A DNA stretch of 64,000 nucleotides from Psammoneis japonica (taxonomy: Eukaryota): NCBI GenBank assembly GCA_008632985.1, contig QPGO01000053.1, forward strand, positions 372,001-436,000, read 5' to 3'. The notes under the pieces were generated by a model. That model did not search any database and was not told where the DNA came from. It worked only from the letters and a program-made list of their open reading frames with translations. This document shows positions 35,101-47,774 of this stretch, one piece after another (the stretch's first letter is position 1; every line of letters begins with the position of its first letter). The translations under genes were made by a program, and so were the position numbers.

Positions 35101-38073
35101 CTGTCCCAGACACACTTCAATGTGGCAATGCCAGGTCACAAGGCTGTTGCATCATTTGCAAAGAGACCACATTGAGGGAGAATTCCAGACATTCAGTTTG
35201 CATGAAAAACTGGATAAAAAACAGAGTGCACATGACGACTCTCGGGCACTCAATTTTTGTGTCACAGTGGGACATCATGTGGGCAGTGACAGGTTGCGCA
35301 GGTGCAGCTTGCAACCATTTTTGAAGGGGTGGGTGCAAAAAAACAAAATCCGTTGTGACACATGCATGGACAAAGTGACTTTGGCACTAGATTTGGTGGA
35401 CTTTGAAGTGGAGACACCAGTCAACATTTTGATGTGACAGCCTTGCGTGATCGTGGTGGCTCGCCAAAAAAGTGACATGGAATGCCAGTTCCCAAGAATC
35501 ATGTGTGCTCTGCCACCTGTCAGATAGGACAGCATGGTGGCTGTGAGAGAAGACACTGTGTTAGACGTGGTGCATCTCAACAAAGACGATGCCAGTGTGG
35601 ACATCCCCTGGCCTTTCGCAGAGGGACATTGCCCTCCACCAGTGAGTGGAGACTTGGTGTTGTGCCGGAAAGCGCTCCTGGAATTGAGGGTGTTCTGCAC
35701 AGGAGTGCATGCATCCAGAGAGGGTCACATCAGTGGATTGCACCAAATTGTGGAGTGCTTGCACGAATTGCACAAAACCTTGAGAGAAGAAGCGGGTGTC
35801 ATTGAGGAAGACAGAAGGGTGAGAGCAAGACTGGACGATGAGTGAGGGTGAAGAGATGAGCCCAATTTCCTAGAAAGTTTTAACTCAAACTGGACGACCA
35901 AAACATGAAAAATTTTAATGCACTGGCTGGTTGCAAATGATGTCAAACAATGCTCTGTTTGTTGCGGGCGACGAGCAGGGGACAGCCAAGAGCATGGGGA
36001 CCCAGACGGAAAAGCGAGATGTTGCAGGCCAGCTGAAAATGCAAAAAGAAGTGTTTGGACTGCAGCCCTTTCATCCATCAAAATTGTGACCCAAAAATGT
36101 GATTGGACGGCAATTTGAAAATTCTGGCATGCAGCAACTGGAAGCGGCATTGTTCTTAGCGCGGATCATGCTGTGTGCAGTGAACAGATGATGCAAGGCT
36201 GCAAATGACAACACCTGCCATTCAAAAGGAATGTAAAATCCATCAATTGAGGTCCAATGATGATTGAACAGAGAGAGCACATTTGAGAAGGGCAAACAGG
36301 CATGCTGGCAGGCATGCACTCCAGACTGGGTTTGGTCCAAGGGAAAATTTACGTTGACACAAACACGTGGGAATGGGTGGGCAAACATGTTGGTGCGAAA
36401 CAATTCATCAGGCACGTGCGTTGCGGCGATGACTCCTCTGATGCGCAAATGGGTTGGACTGCTGATGCTGATCATGTGTCCTTCATTGCAGTTGGCACCC
36501 ATGACACAGCAGAGACAGGATCCCAAAATGTGGAGATTGCGGGAATGTCAGTAGTCAGCTTGGAGGTGGCGAAGAGAAAGTTTGTGGACAGCCAGACAAC
36601 CAACTGTGCCACGATGGCTGTGCACCCCAAGACAAAGTTTGTGACACACAACAAGGTCAAGTTGGCTTTCGGGAGCCAAATGCAGAAAAAGGTTTGCAAA
36701 CACCTCAACATGGACGTGAGTGACTGTGCAGTTTGGTGGGAAGAGAACACAGAGAAGGCAAGGAAAAGACCAAACAGGAGAAGAAACAACAGGCAGGAGG
36801 TTTTTAGAAAGAAGATGGTTGGCAAGTGCAGCTCAGGCTGCATGTGGATGAGATGGAGCAGTGTTCTCACCCGTTGGTTCTTGCTCAGAGATGGCTGGAT
36901 GCGATGGAATGCCAAGTGTCAAAGACATCAAAAAGGGCAGGGCATTGCCTCAAACACACTTCTGGTTCTTGGAAAATTGCTGCTCCCTTGCGGCAGGAAC
37001 AGAGCACTTTGAAACAGTGGACAGCCAAGGTGTCGGCGATTGGCCAACAACAAGTGCAGAAGCTTTTGCCAGGCTGATGTGTGACAACCACTGCAACGCG
37101 GCCATGTTGGTGGCAGAGATCAAAGAGCAATTCGAAGAAAACAGAAGGGTGCAACAACCAACCCAGCCCATGGCCCCAAAGCACACTTTCATGGGGAAAG
37201 GTGCAAAGTGAAATCAAGGATGGAACCAGGATGGGATCAGCAAGTGCAACAAACTCTACAATGCGGTGGTGAAGGAGAGAACAGATTGTGGCTGAGTCGA
37301 TGCACAGTGTGTGCAGACAAAAAATGAGAGAGCGCACATGGCAAGAAAAAAAAGAAGAAAAAGAAGGGCAGCATGAGGGGATGGGCAGCTCCAAAAATTG
37401 ATTGGAGCGACAGTGAGGAGGAGGCCACAGGAAGGAATGACAAACAGGGGAGGAAAGAGGAAGAGACTCCAGAAGCAGCAGCAACCAACAACAGTGCTTT
37501 GCCACAAACAAGTTCTTGAGGAGGCAGAGCAAACAATGACCCACAGAAGCGAGCGAGGATGCAATGAACATGCTGGTGGCATGGCAGCAACATTCACCAG
37601 CACGCAGCAGAAAATGATGACAGCAGAAGCATTGACCACAAAATCAACTCAGTTCGGCAGCTGCAACATCATGGAATGTGAGCCGGGCATTGACCGGAAA
37701 GAAATGTTTCACATGGTGAAAAGTGTCCAAGTGTTGCACTGCAAAATGTCGGGAATGTTGTGTCCATGTGCTCACTGGATTTAAAGAATGGTTTGAAAGC
37801 AATGTGAATCGGGGGCTGGTCTGAAGGCAAATTGTCGCACGGTGAAAAGTGGATGAGTGTTGCACTTGAAAATGTTGGTGTGACGTTGTCCGTGTGGATG
37901 TTGTGTTTAAATTTTCTTGCCACACATGACAAGAAAAACTGCATTGGAAGTGGGATTTCTCACACGGCGTGCGAAAAATTTTGAATTAAATTTTAAAAAT
38001 TTCAGGCATGATGGGCAAGAATGTCACACGCAAGTTTGTGTGCGATGTCAGATCATTGCCCCACCAGACACGA
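32101..38073 (+). mobile_element. Degenerate ~6-kb TIR DNA transposon (Plavaka/CMC-like, tentative)
   Basis: Left TIR tcgcgtctggtggggcaacaatctga matches the reverse complement of the right end, tcgtgtctggtggggcaatgatctga. N-terminal C2H2 finger CPVCGKRF..LQHHLRTH. A second ORF remnant has WWEE..RRNN, TTSAEAFARL..KHT and GWNQDGISKCNKL, resembling accessory ORFs of such elements. Confidence 0.6.
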
Positions 38074-39421
38074 AGGTCCAGAGCTCAACTCTTCACCACA
38101 CCACCCATCTCCCAGTGCCTCTTGGGCAGGCATCCTCTGCTCCTGGCCATGACATCATCAACAAAATGAATCAAAGCAATCAAACCATTTGGGTGTGCCT
38201 GCACAGCAGCTGAACTCTGCTCTCTGGTTGTTCATCCACACAAGGAGTGCCACAATGCCGCACATGGCATTTCTTTCTGAGGTGGATCTGGCACTGATTC
38301 CATGTGATGCCATGTAAAATGCCACATTTTGCACATGAAGAAGGTGTGCCGGCAATTGATTTGTGATTCCTGGCTGCAAAATGTCATTTCTCATGCACTC
38401 AGGAGCCTTCCAATGCTGCTGCCTGTTGCTTTTCCCTTGTGCCAACCACAAGCCCCCATGCCCTGTGGTGTTTGATGCTTTGCTGTCAATGGCAAAACAG
38501 CTGGGAATCATTGGAAAAATGGTGGTGCCACCTTGGATGCAAGTGCCACATTCATGCCACATTTGGGACAAATGTGGCATTTGTGTGGATGGCCACCTTG
38601 TGGGGCCTGCATGCAAGTTCCCACCTCAAGCAGAGTGAGCAAGCAAGGTGCCTGTCAGACCTTGAAGCACAAGCACCAACTGCACTTGAGGAGTGCTGAT
38701 CGCACTGTCCAGAAGGGGGCAGAGATGTTGTGAAGCAATGCAAAATGGTCTTGTGATGGCCTTCCCAGCAGATTGTCTTTTGTGAAGACAGCAGACATGC
38801 CAGCTGTGCCAGGCAGTGGAGCAGAAGTGTGCCAGCTTTGCCTGGCAGTGGAGCAGATGTGTGACACCCAGATGTCCACTGTCTTTGCAAGTGGAACTTT
38901 GCTGTGTGCTTTTAATCTGACTGAGTGGGTTTGCTCAGCTTCGCTTCAGAGCAAATCGCAGTGCAGGTGACCAAAGTGCACCAGTGTGAGCTTCTCCACA
39001 ACACAACACTGTCAATTTTTCTTTTTTCTTGAAGTTGAAATGGCAGTGCAGCCACCTCTACAACTTGCAGAATTTCCAAGCTGGAGCTTGGTCACTCTTT
39101 GAAAATCTCCGAGCTGGGGCTTAGTCTCTCTGAAAATCTGGACAAAAAACTCAAACCCAGTTTTAAGTGCCGCTGCACCTTTGCCTGGCAACACCGGCAC
39201 CAGCCAACCCACACTTCCAGCACACCCTGCAGCTGCTAGAATTGTCTCTGGCTGCAGCTACTAGAATTGTCTCTGAAAATCTGGACAATTATCACAGGGT
39301 ACCGTGATGATTTAGGGATAAAGAATTGTTGCCAAGAACAACACACATTTCTACAAAACTACTTTCTCTCAATCTCTAGAAAGTCTACGTGTAGTAGATA
39401 GCGAGATCAGCTTAATCGCAA

Positions 39422-41251
39422 TCATGCAATTTTCGTCATACGAATGTTGTAGAGTCTCATTTTGCGCAGAGCTTCGACGTTGCTGCATTCCAAGAGTGTT
39501 AAACCAATTGTTCGTCGGCCCCTTTTCAATTTCATATCTCCCAGTTCGTGAGTTTCCTCCCCTGTTTCAAATACTTTCGTAAGGTTCAACTTCTTTCCAA
39601 CATAAAGCCGGACTCTCGTACCCGGAGGCACCTTGTACGCATGGAGGGAGATCCTGTATGTTGCGGTACGAAGCACGTGTACCTTCAATTCCTGGACAGC
39701 GCCAATCTCTAAAAAATTGGTGTTGTCCCACCCTGCTCTGTTTTCGCCTCGCATACGGAAGGTATATTCCATTTCAATGTATGGTCGATTTACACCTGGG
39801 AGACCAATCAACTGAACCGGGGTCTTCCATGCATGTGGGTCGGAGCGGACTTTTTTCAATGCTTTGTTATATTTTCTTTCCATTTCTTGAAATTTCCCAG
39901 GCATGGTTCCGAGGAGGTTGAGTTTTTGAAGAGGATCTTTAGCGAGATCGAATAGATAGAATTTTCCTTTGTCGTTCACAATCACCCAATCTCCATCGAC
40001 AAAGGCAGAGCTGCGTTTATTCATTGGCCAAGATTTCTTCGTAAATCGGTACTGCCAGCCGTCGTCCGCCAAAAAAGATTCAAGCGGACCAGGAGTAATC
40101 GTCAGGAAACTGCGTTCGGCACGCCACTTAGCATTGTCTCTTACAAAGAACCGACGTAGGTTCCTGCCATCCAACGAGGGTACATCTGACTTGCGGGTAT
40201 GGTCTGCAAGACGGAGAATGGTAGGATAAATATCCATCACTACCGTCACTTCGCTTACTTGTTTGGGTATGAATTTGGAAGGGCAGTAAATGCCTAAGCG
40301 GTTTCTCAACCCACCTTCAAAACAAGTTCCTTTGTTTCTGAGGAATCCTGTTGGGTTACGTGCAGCCACCTCTTTGTCGTTCATCACATATGTTTCCCCT
40401 GTTGTCTTAAAAAATCCATCCTGATTTTGCTTGAGAGTATCTGTCTTGAATTCCTGGCCATTATCTCCTAGAAAGAAAACAATAGTATTGTCCGCAAGCT
40501 CATTGTCTTTCAGCGCCGTAAGGATTCGACCAACTTGGGTATCGAGTTGTTCCATCATGCCGAGAAACATCGCATAGTGTTCGCCGATGCCCATTTTCAT
40601 ATATTTTTTCTGCAGGGCTTCAGGGCAAAGCCATGGTTGATGCGGTTGAGAATAAGGAAGATAGAGGAAGAAGGGATCATCCTTGTGTGTTTCGATGAAA
40701 TCGATCCCTTTGTCAGTAACACGCTCAACTTGCCAACCATCTTCAATCCCTGTGTATTTTCCATTGCGAGCAAATGGCGATTTGAAGTGCTCGTAGCGTC
40801 CAAAGCCACGGTTGTCTTCGCTCCAAAGCTCCCATGTTTCATTGAAACCACGGCGATGGGGCAATTCGGCGTCTGAACTACCAAGATTCCACTTTCCCAC
40901 CATTCCTGTCACATAACCTGCATCCTGAAGGGCTTGGCCTAGCAAATATTCGTCGGGGTGAGGCGCTTCGGCTCCATATCCTACCGCGGCTGTTCCTGTG
41001 CGCATGAAGTTCCTGCCGGTCAAGAGGGACGACCGGGTGGGGGTGCATGAGGAATGCGTGTAAAAACGGGTGAACTGTACGCCTTCTGTCATCAACCTAT
41101 CCAGGTTTGGAGTTTGTAATGGTGGCTGGCGGAAGCCGTAATCATCGAAACCTTGATCATCGGTCATGATCAAAATGAAATTTGGTTTCTGTTTCTGCCC
41201 ATGGGTTGTGACGACAGCCACCAAGAAGAAACATGTTATGGTGATGATCAT
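39422..41251 (-). CDS. Arylsulfatase (formylglycine-dependent S1 sulfatase), secreted
   Basis: 609-aa intact intronless ORF. KPNFILIMTDDQG, CTPTRSSLLTGR (CxPxR), GKWNLG, GDNG and KGTCFEGGLR motifs. Signal peptide. Confidence 0.95.
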   Translation of the reverse strand: MIITITCFFLVAVVTTHGQKQKPNFILIMTDDQGFDDYGFRQPPLQTPNLDRLMTEGVQFTRFYTHSSCTPTRSSLLTGRNFMRTGTAAVGYGAEAPHPDEYLLGQALQDAGYVTGMVGKWNLGSSDAELPHRRGFNETWELWSEDNRGFGRYEHFKSPFARNGKYTGIEDGWQVERVTDKGIDFIETHKDDPFFLYLPYSQPHQPWLCPEALQKKYMKMGIGEHYAMFLGMMEQLDTQVGRILTALKDNELADNTIVFFLGDNGQEFKTDTLKQNQDGFFKTTGETYVMNDKEVAARNPTGFLRNKGTCFEGGLRNRLGIYCPSKFIPKQVSEVTVVMDIYPTILRLADHTRKSDVPSLDGRNLRRFFVRDNAKWRAERSFLTITPGPLESFLADDGWQYRFTKKSWPMNKRSSAFVDGDWVIVNDKGKFYLFDLAKDPLQKLNLLGTMPGKFQEMERKYNKALKKVRSDPHAWKTPVQLIGLPGVNRPYIEMEYTFRMRGENRAGWDNTNFLEIGAVQELKVHVLRTATYRISLHAYKVPPGTRVRLYVGKKLNLTKVFETGEETHELGDMKLKRGRRTIGLTLLECSNVEALRKMRLYNIRMTKIA

Positions 41252-41398
41252 TGCTCACTACAGGATGAAACTTGGTCCCTTTTTTTCGCTAACATTCAGC
41301 ACAACAAAGGTTTTTTTTCTGTTGCTTCAAAGACCTGTGACATTGTTTCTCCAAGCAACAACATTATTTTTTGCAAAAATGACCAGAAATGACTCCAA

Positions 41399-44300
41399 TG
41401 TCCCTGAACGGTCTTGACACATACGGTACATACAGTGCCGGTGCTGTAAGTTGTCCACGTACCGCACCGGTGCGCACGAACACGAAAAATTGACTGCAGC
41501 CACAGTGTTCGGGTTTTTCTGTAACAGAATTTCTAACTTCGAGGTGTCAGCAATCCCGGTCATTCGAATCTCCCGAATCTTGCAGCCGCTGACGCAGTTA
41601 TGACGTAGAAGTTTACTTCACTCTTCCCTTCCGCGATGATTCATGCAAATGCTTTGATTCGCAATCCATCTGTCATGCCGAAGTCAATGTGGCAAAATGT
41701 GCCGAGTGTCAATCCTTTCAAATGCATGAGGCGCTCTTTGCATTGCAACAGCACTCTCATTCACATGAACTTGTGCAACAAGAAAAGGGCCAAAAAATCT
41801 GGCTTCCAATTTGTTGGCAGGATCGTCTGTCTTGATCAAAATTTGCTGCCCGACACGACAATCGAAAAAGCGTCTTTTGAGATTTTGCTGGTGCAAGTTG
41901 TCATCAGTCAACCCTTGTTGATGACTCCGAGTGGTGACCAAATCTCCAATGAGAGGCAAATCAAGAAACACGTCTCTCTGGCAGATGAGAGCTCCTGGCG
42001 AAATTCTTAAAACTCTCGAGGTGGCGCATCGCAGACTGTGCACAGTTGCAGCCAATGCATCATCAACAATCTGTTGAGCTTGTGCACATTGTGAGAAGGA
42101 TGTCCTCTGATTGCAGCTTCAATGACGTTGCCAGCAGACTGATGCATTCTCTCACAAATGGCGCTGGCTTGAGGATTTCTGGTGGGGGTGGTTTCCACAC
42201 CCTCAATTGCTGCTGTCGCCAATGGAATCTGAAATGGTTTGCCAACAAATTCACCACCCTTGTTGTCAATGCAGCAGTCCAGCCTTGGACATCTGGCCAA
42301 CCAACAATTGGCAAACTTCATCTGCGCATGATCTGAAGTCTTGTTGTTGACGCGAACCAGTTCAACGAGGTCAGAAACAGGGTCAATCGCAGTCAACATG
42401 TCAAACTCAACTTCCTGCTCTTGCACTCACATTTTCCAAGGACCAGTTGAATCAACAGCAACTTCATCCCAAGGAACCAAAGGAGCTTCTCTTGGTGGCA
42501 AATGGCTCCATCGAACTCCCCAAAGCTTGTTCCTTTGGCGCACATTGCAGCGACAATTTTCAGCCAATCGTCGCAGCACCAGATGATGACAATGTGTGCA
42601 AATCAAACAACAAAGCTTCTGTGTGCCACAATGCCCTGAGACTTGACAATGTCGCCTGACAACAGGAGCCAACAAGGCTGTTGGCAAAGTGATTTTCCAG
42701 CCATTCTCCTGTGTGCATTGAAATTCCACTGCCGCTCTTGACTCAGCTCTTGATCTTCAAACTGAAACCTTTGCACTGCATCTCTTCTGGACTCAGACAG
42801 TGCAAAAGGCAATTCACCAATTCTTGATCTTGAACAGTGCAAAACAAGGTGCTCAATTCAGGGCCCAAATTTTCTTTGAGCGACTCATCTTCTGGAGCCA
42901 TGGCAGTTGGAGGAACCAAAAAATCAACAATGGCGCCTTTCAACTCCACTCTAGAACTCTTCCCTTTCACAGTTTTCTCAACATGAGAAAATCATGAAAA
43001 GAAGTCAGCCAGAATGTTCTCCTTGCCTTCAAGACATCTGAACTTGGGTCCAAATTCTTCAAGAAAAAGGCGCCAACAAAGTGCTTGTTGCACACTCAGC
43101 ATCTTGAAGGTGAAGTGCTTGTCGTGATCCATGTGGGCTGTTGTGTCAGCTCCCAACAACACAGATTGAAACTCTTTAAAACAAAGAACTGCAACAAACA
43201 TTTCTTTTTCCACAGTGGAGCAATTCTTCTGAGCCACACTGAGTTTTGGGGGCCAACATGCAACCAGCTTGCCGCTCTGAGTGATGACTGTGCCAAGCTG
43301 ACAATCGCTCGCATCTGTGCAAATCTGAAAAGGAAGGTTGTGATCAGGGCAAGCAAGTGAAATGTCATCCACAACAATGTGAGTTCTTTCACAGGCATGG
43401 ACTTGCCCAACCACTTGACTGTCCTTGATGAGAAATTTACATGGATTCCTGCCTTGGTCAAAAAATCTGTGATCCAAGAATCACGTTGCATTGACACAGC
43501 ATTTGAAACACCAGCGCTTTTTGAAAATCAACACTTCTTGACATGTCAAATTCAGGCAGTGCAATTGTCGAGTCAGGACCAAACTTCTTCTTGTTCCCAC
43601 CAGAATCCATGTCCTTGGCCTTGCACTTCTTGAGCTCATCTTCAGGCTTGCCAAAGCTCTTCTGATCAGCAAATCCTTTTTCATTGGACACATGCTGGTC
43701 CATGTCTTCCAAGGAATTGGTGCCAACATCTTTTCCCATGTGCACACAATTCTGCTTCCATGTCATTGGCACTCCTGTGAACACACCATTTTTGGTCTGT
43801 TGCTCATTGAGCAAAGGCTCAGTGTCTGGCAACTTGTCAGCACAACGTGACATCTGAGTCATCCTGCCAGCATGCTCATGAGGAGAATCACCAAGAGGTC
43901 CAGAAAAGTTTTCAAAAATTCAAACATTGTGTCACATGCTTGACAATTGCAGTGTCACTGACAAAAGCATGCAACCTCAATGTCAAACCTGGCCATTGTC
44001 CAAACAGTTTCTGTGACACCCGAAACCAGATTGCTCCACATGTCTTGAGAATTGTCTTCCAATGCTTCTTCAAAATGAGCAAACTTTTCAGGTCCTTCAT
44101 CACAATCCAGATGCTCGGCACAGTTCTTAAAGCATTCTGCAGTGTGGAGCAAGCACTTGATGCCGCACTTGCCAGTGAACTGAGGGCACATTTTCTGCTT
44201 CTTGGTGCCATCATCACAGTTTTGTGCGAGCTTCCCTTTGTCCAAATCTCCGTGTTTGAAGGTTGGTTTGCTGCACACAAAGCATGGTGCTCTCAACGAG

Positions 44301-44580
44301 GCTCTCACCAAATGCAACATTGACCTTGCGTTTGAAGCAAAGAGTGCCACAGCAAAGAAAAGAGAAGGAAAGAACAAGACACAGTGTGATCACATTGAAT
44401 GGTCTTGACAAGTTGTCCATGAATGCACTCTAAAAATTGCAAGGAAAAGCTGTGATTGACTGCAGCCACAGTGCTTGGGTTTCTGTCACAGAGTTTTTTT
44501 GAGGTGTCAACAATCCTGGTCATTCAAATCTCCCAAATCTTGCAGCCGCCCACACAGCTGTGATGCAGAAGTTTGCTTCA
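41399..44580 (-). mobile_element. Ty3/Gypsy LTR retrotransposon 1, internally deleted
   Basis: LTR-like copies at about 41399-41620 and 44395-44580. PPT at 41621-41633. Integrase (PWDEVAVD..NPQASAICERMH) and RNase H ([21 protein letters not shown]) remnants. RT is missing. Confidence 0.85.
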
Positions 44581-47460
44581 ATCCCTGAATGGTCCATGTG
44601 ACTGTCACTGAACACTTTCTAAAATTGTGAGAAAAGACTGCAAGTGAGGTCTCAAACCTTGCTTGCATTTCTGTCATGGAGCCTTCCACGGAACGTTTTT
44701 TCTGACACTGAATGTCCACAGGACTTTCTGCAGATGCCACAGTCCTGGTCACTTCAATCTTTCAAAGAATCTCCACTTGATGATGCAAGCATGACATGGA
44801 AGTTCACTTCACTCTTCCCTTGCGGTCAACTTGAAGTTCTGAATCACAATCTGACCATGGTGCAGTTGGTGTGGTGAGATGCGCCAAATGTTGATTTGCT
44901 CAAACACATGAGGTGCTCTTTGCAAGATGATGTTTCCATTCACATGAACTTGTGCAACAGCAAAAGGGGCCAAAAGCTTGGGCCTCCAACTTGGTGGGAT
45001 GATCCGTCTCAATCAAGACTTGCTGCCCAACTTGACAGTCGAGAAAGCATCTCTTGAGATTTTGCCGATGCAAGTTGTCGTCAGTCAATGCTTGGCAATG
45101 ATCTTGGATGGCAGCTGGGTCCCCAATGAGTGGAAGATTGTGAACATGTCTCTTTGGCAAACCAATGCTCCTGGCAAATTTCCCAAAACTCTGGAAGTGG
45201 TGCAACGCAGACTGTGCATGGCAGCAGCCAGAGCGCCATCCACAATTTGTTGTGCCTCCACCAGGTTGTGAGGAGGATGTCCTCAAAGCATGGTTCAAAC
45301 AATGTTTGCTGCCATTTGATGCATTCTCTCACAAGTGGCATTGGCTTGGGGATTTCTTGTTGTTGTCTCCATGTCCTTGACTCTGGCTTGTGCCAGCAGC
45401 CTCTGAAATGGTTTTCCCACAAATTGCCACCTTCATCATGAATGCAGCAATTGGGTCTTGGATGTTGAGCCAGCCAACAATGGACAAACTTCATCTGCAT
45501 GTGGTTTGAGCTCTTGTTGTCAATGCAAGATGACTCAACCAGGTTGGCAACCATGTCAATCACCGTCAATGCATTAAACTCAACTTCTTCTCCTTGTGCT
45601 GTTGTTTTCCACAGACTGATCAGATCCACTGCCACTTCATCTCATGGAACCAAGGGAGCTTCTCTTGGTGGCAAATGGCCATGCCCAGCTCCTTTGAGCT
45701 TGTTCTGTTGACACATGTTGCAACAACAATTTTCAACAAGCCAATGCAGTGCCAGTTTGCAGGAATGTGCACAAATGGAGAGGTGCAGGTTTTGTGTGCT
45801 GCAGTGTCCCAGCACTTGATGATGCCAATCAACAACAGACGGCAATGAGGTTGTTGGCAAGGCAATTTTCCAATTGTTTTCTAGTGTGTTGATTCCAGGC
45901 CTCCAACAAATCAGCGGAGCTCTGCCCACACATTGCATGGGAAATTGAGTTGGGTCTCATTCCCATTCTTGATTGAGTGCTTGAAATCTTTGAATTGCAA
46001 TCTTTGGATGTCTGGACAGTTCAGTGGGTGCTGCATTTCCTCCAGAGCTGGACAATTTAAAAAACAATCCACCATCTCTGGATCTTGAATTGTGCAAAAT
46101 GGGGTGCTTGACTCCGGACCCAAGCTTTGTTCCAATGGCCATCTTCTGGTGCCAAAGCTGCCCGCAGAAGAGAAAAGTTGATGAGTTTGCCTTTTGATGA
46201 AACACATGAAGTCTTCCCTTCCATGGTTTTCTCCACACAAGGAAATCATGAAAAGAAGTCTGCAAGAACATTCTCTTTGCCTTTGATGTGTCAAAATTTT
46301 GGTGCAAATTCTTTGAGGAACAGACGTCACCATGTTCAATGTTCTGAACATCAAGTTTTCATGATCAGCTCAGACAGAAATGTCGGCTCCCAGCAACACA
46401 GACCAAAACTCTTCGAAACAAAGAACAACATGGAGCATTTCCTTTTCCATGGTTGAGCAGCTCTTTTGTGTGCTGTTGAGTTTGTGTGGGACCAACATGT
46501 GATCAACTTGTGATTCTGGGTTGTTGCTGCTCCCAGTTGACAATCACTTGCATCTGCACAAATTTGAAAAGGAAGATTGTGGTCAGGAGAGGCAAGCAAT
46601 GCATCCCCTGCCATGATGGCCTTGATCTCTGCAAAAGCCTTTTGACAGGCTTGACCACTCAAACTCTTTTTTGCTGGTCAGCTCCATTGAAGGCACCAAA
46701 ACGTGTGATCGGCAAGGCCACACATCATGACAGCAAGTGACAGCCCCAACAAAGGATCACAACCAAGTGTTGTTCTTCAGAGGTGCAAGTCTGCACACTG
46801 CCTCCACCTTTTTCCAGATTTTGACCCCTCCTGGTGTCATCCAATGACCAAGAAAATTGGTTTCTTGAACAGCCCATTTGCATTTGAGCGAGTTGACTTT
46901 CAAGCTGTTCTTTTCAAGTCATTGGAGCACTGCACTGATCATGACCAAGTGTTCCAACCAAGACTGCTGGGAGTGGATTCCAACATTGTTGACAAAGCAA
47001 TCGACATCCATGTTGTGCATTGCTTGTTCATGGTTGATTGTGCAACATCTGGAGCCGGTTTCAGCCCCATCGCCATTCGACAATGTTGAAATTTGCTGTG
47101 CGGAGTGACGATGGTGCACAATTCCTTAGATGACTCCTCGTTCAACTCCAAATGGTGGCAAAACACCATCAAATCTAACTTGGCAAAGTGCTTGCAGCCC
47201 ATTCTGTGCTTGAGAACATCTTGCACCCTTGGTGATGGACAAACCAGGCACTTCAAAGCTTTGTTGAGTTCTTGAAAATCGGGTGCCCATTGCACTCGTT
47301 GATCCTTTTTGGGAATGACAAATGAAGGAGAAGCCCACTCAGCAGGACCACAAGGTCTCAGCACTCCCAACTTTGCAAGATGTTGGAGCTCTTTTTTGAA
47401 TGTCTCTTCCTGCATCTTGGGAACAGAGTGAGGTTGAGCATGAACTGGAGTGGCCTCCGG
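44581..47460 (-). mobile_element. Ty3/Gypsy LTR retrotransposon 2 (related family), 5'-truncated
   Basis: 3' LTR about 44581-44811, then the same PPT (ctcttccctt). Integrase, RNase H ([13 protein letters not shown]) and RT (EWASPSFVIPKKD..DFQELNK..CTIVTP..RMAMGL..CFVNNVGI). Confidence 0.85.
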
Positions 47461-47774
47461 GTCTGTTTCTAAGTGGACAGACTTGTGTGGATGTCAACCC
47501 AAATTTCCATCAAACAGCTTTGAAAACTTGGGGACAGCACTTGTTTTGGCTCCACTTGTTGAGCCCTTGAAAGATGTTTTTGCTCTCTGATGACCTTTCC
47601 AGGTGACACTGGCTCACACTTGGCATCCAGAATTTGAGCAGTGCACACGTGGGAACAACACAATGGGCAAGCATCACATTGCCCAAATCTTCTTCTTCTG
47701 TCTTGGCACCTGCAAAAGCAAAGCAAGCACTCTCTCTGTCATCCCAAAAGACCTGTTTTTGCCGGTGATCATTG

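Larger units (their letters stand above)
23600..39230. other. TpA-depleted (hypermutated) transposon block 2
   Basis: TA is rare throughout. CpG is retained in 23769-31316 but largely lost in 31320-39230. Confidence 0.9.
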
